Source of the DNA: Candidatus Micrarchaeia archaeon
Lineage (GTDB): Archaea > Micrarchaeota > Micrarchaeia > Anstonellales > Bilamarchaeaceae
Assembly: GCA_041653635.1 (NCBI GenBank)
Contig: JBAZFC010000001.1
Coordinates: forward strand, 902,969 to 966,968
Direction of reading: 5' to 3'
DNA length: 64,000 nt
The position numbers and the translations under genes were made by a program. Of the stretch, positions 62,859 through 64,000 are shown piece by piece; position 1 is the first letter of the stretch; every line of letters begins with the position of its first letter. Under the pieces are notes generated by a model. That model saw only the letters and a program-made list of their open reading frames with translations, did not search any database and had not been told where the DNA came from.

Positions 62859-63956
62859 TTATGCGGGCTTCATCTTCCCCTGGAGGTACGCCATACCCTC
62901 TTCTGCGCTGGTTGCAAGCGCCTCAAACAGCTCCAGCGGCTCAAAGAGGGTAGCCTTCCCGTCCATCTTGCTCCGCATCCTCGCCTCGCCCATGTCGCGC
63001 ATGGACAATTTCTTTTCGCGCATCTCCCTTATCGCCTTCAGGTCTGCGCGGAAGGTGTGCTCGTTCAGGTGGTTGTCCAGGAAGAGGCGGCCGTCCCCCG
63101 CAACCACCACGTCGGACGCGCGGATGCCCCTTTCCAAAGTCCCTTTGAGGATTATGCGTATGATTGCATCCGGATTTTCCCTGCGCAGGCGTGTGGAGAG
63201 TTCCGCCGCCCTCGCCTGCACCTCGTTCAGCTTTGCATCCCTGAACTCCAGTTCCTCCAAAAGGAATTTCCTGCAGGGGATTGGAATGAACTCGTGCTTC
63301 TTCGCATTAGTATCATAGAGATAATAGCCGCGTGGGTTCGTTTCTTCCTTAGTGAGCTGGGTGATTACGGTGGAGCCGGGGATGAGGAAGCCCGGCACTT
63401 CCTTCCTTGCGTGGATGTGTCCGTTGAGCACCAAATCAAAGCCGAGCCGCCCCACGTCGTCTATGCTGAGGAGGTTTTCCCCGAAGACGAATTCGGAAAC
63501 GGACTGGTGGAGCATGAGGATTGAGAAATGCGCTGGGGGGATTTGGATTTTTTCCTTCAATCTTTCCAAACCTGTTTTCGCCAAATCGTCCGGGACGTTC
63601 CCCATGCCCGCGATGAATATCTTTTCTCCGTTTTTTTCAAAAATTGCCGAAGAAAAATTGAGGTGGTTTATTGCGCCCGCCTTTTCCAGCAATCCCACGG
63701 GATTCAAGGCGCCCTTGCTCCTGCGCTCATGGTTTCCGTGGATTGCATATATAGGTTTCTTTATGGAGCGGAAGAAGGAGATGGTGCGCCCCAGGATTTG
63801 GAGGGAGGGGACGCGCGTGTCGTAGAGGTCGCCCAGGAACAGGATTACATCGGCTTTTTCATCCGCATCCCGGAAAGCCGCTTCCGCCTGCGTGAAGCTG
63901 TCCTCGTAGAATCTTGGATAACCCACGTGCGTGTCTGCGATGACTGCTATTTTCAC
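62859..63956 (-). CDS. mre11: Mre11-type DNA double-strand-break repair nuclease (calcineurin-like phosphoesterase)
   Basis: 'IAVIADTHVG', 'LFLGDLYD', 'IHGNHE', 'MLHQ' and 'LNGHIH' are the metallophosphoesterase motifs I-V in Mre11/SbcD order. Confidence 0.8.
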   Translation of the reverse strand: MKIAVIADTHVGYPRFYEDSFTQAEAAFRDADEKADVILFLGDLYDTRVPSLQILGRTISFFRSIKKPIYAIHGNHERRSKGALNPVGLLEKAGAINHLNFSSAIFEKNGEKIFIAGMGNVPDDLAKTGLERLKEKIQIPPAHFSILMLHQSVSEFVFGENLLSIDDVGRLGFDLVLNGHIHARKEVPGFLIPGSTVITQLTKEETNPRGYYLYDTNAKKHEFIPIPCRKFLLEELEFRDAKLNEVQARAAELSTRLRRENPDAIIRIILKGTLERGIRASDVVVAGDGRLFLDNHLNEHTFRADLKAIREMREKKLSMRDMGEARMRSKMDGKATLFEPLELFEALATSAEEGMAYLQGKMKPA

Positions 63957-64000
63957 GCATTAGATTAGGCGGGAAAGGAATTAGAGGGTTTGGGAAGGAG

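Overview
This is an archaeal chromosomal segment. The evidence is an L1-P0-P1 ribosomal cluster with the archaeal/eukaryotic P-protein tail, Hjc, Mre11, a class V FBP aldolase/phosphatase, archaeal-type GluRS and the aconitase-X/UbiD/UbiX/IPK 'archaeal' mevalonate genes. Genes are tightly packed, often overlap by ATGA, and commonly carry GGAGG/GGTG Shine-Dalgarno sites. I call about 70 protein genes, one tRNA-Leu(UAG) and two candidate C/D-box sRNA units. I saw no rRNA, CRISPR array, transposase or integrase. Housekeeping genes include metK, a DEAD-box helicase, PolX, trkHA, mscL, class II RNR, 2-oxoacid:ferredoxin oxidoreductase and GluRS. They are interspersed with an unusually dense set of secreted or anchored proteins: eight lipobox (L-x-G-C) lipoproteins, a ~1180-aa beta-helix protein, an N-glycosylation-sequon-rich ~800-aa protein, and several proteins built from repeated Cys-knot modules. 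The best candidate for an undescribed system lies at ~27.4-36.6 kb and appears more GC/Ala-codon-rich than its surroundings. It holds two 52-aa zinc-ribbon paralogues, a small coiled-coil ORF, a 1559-aa Ala-rich helical protein with a C-terminal 4-TM block, a tightly linked, probably co-transcribed protein with a PI3K/PI4K-type GDRHxxN catalytic loop, a convergent Cys-His-Asp (transglutaminase/papain-like) ORF, and a HicB-like gene coupled to a non-HicA partner. Other non-coding signals are two promoter-plus-C/D-box units at 14.2-14.46 kb, a ~210-nt highly structured leader before tRNA-Leu, and a Y-shaped GC-rich structure at 62.03-62.11 kb. All functional calls come from motif recognition by eye, with no database search.
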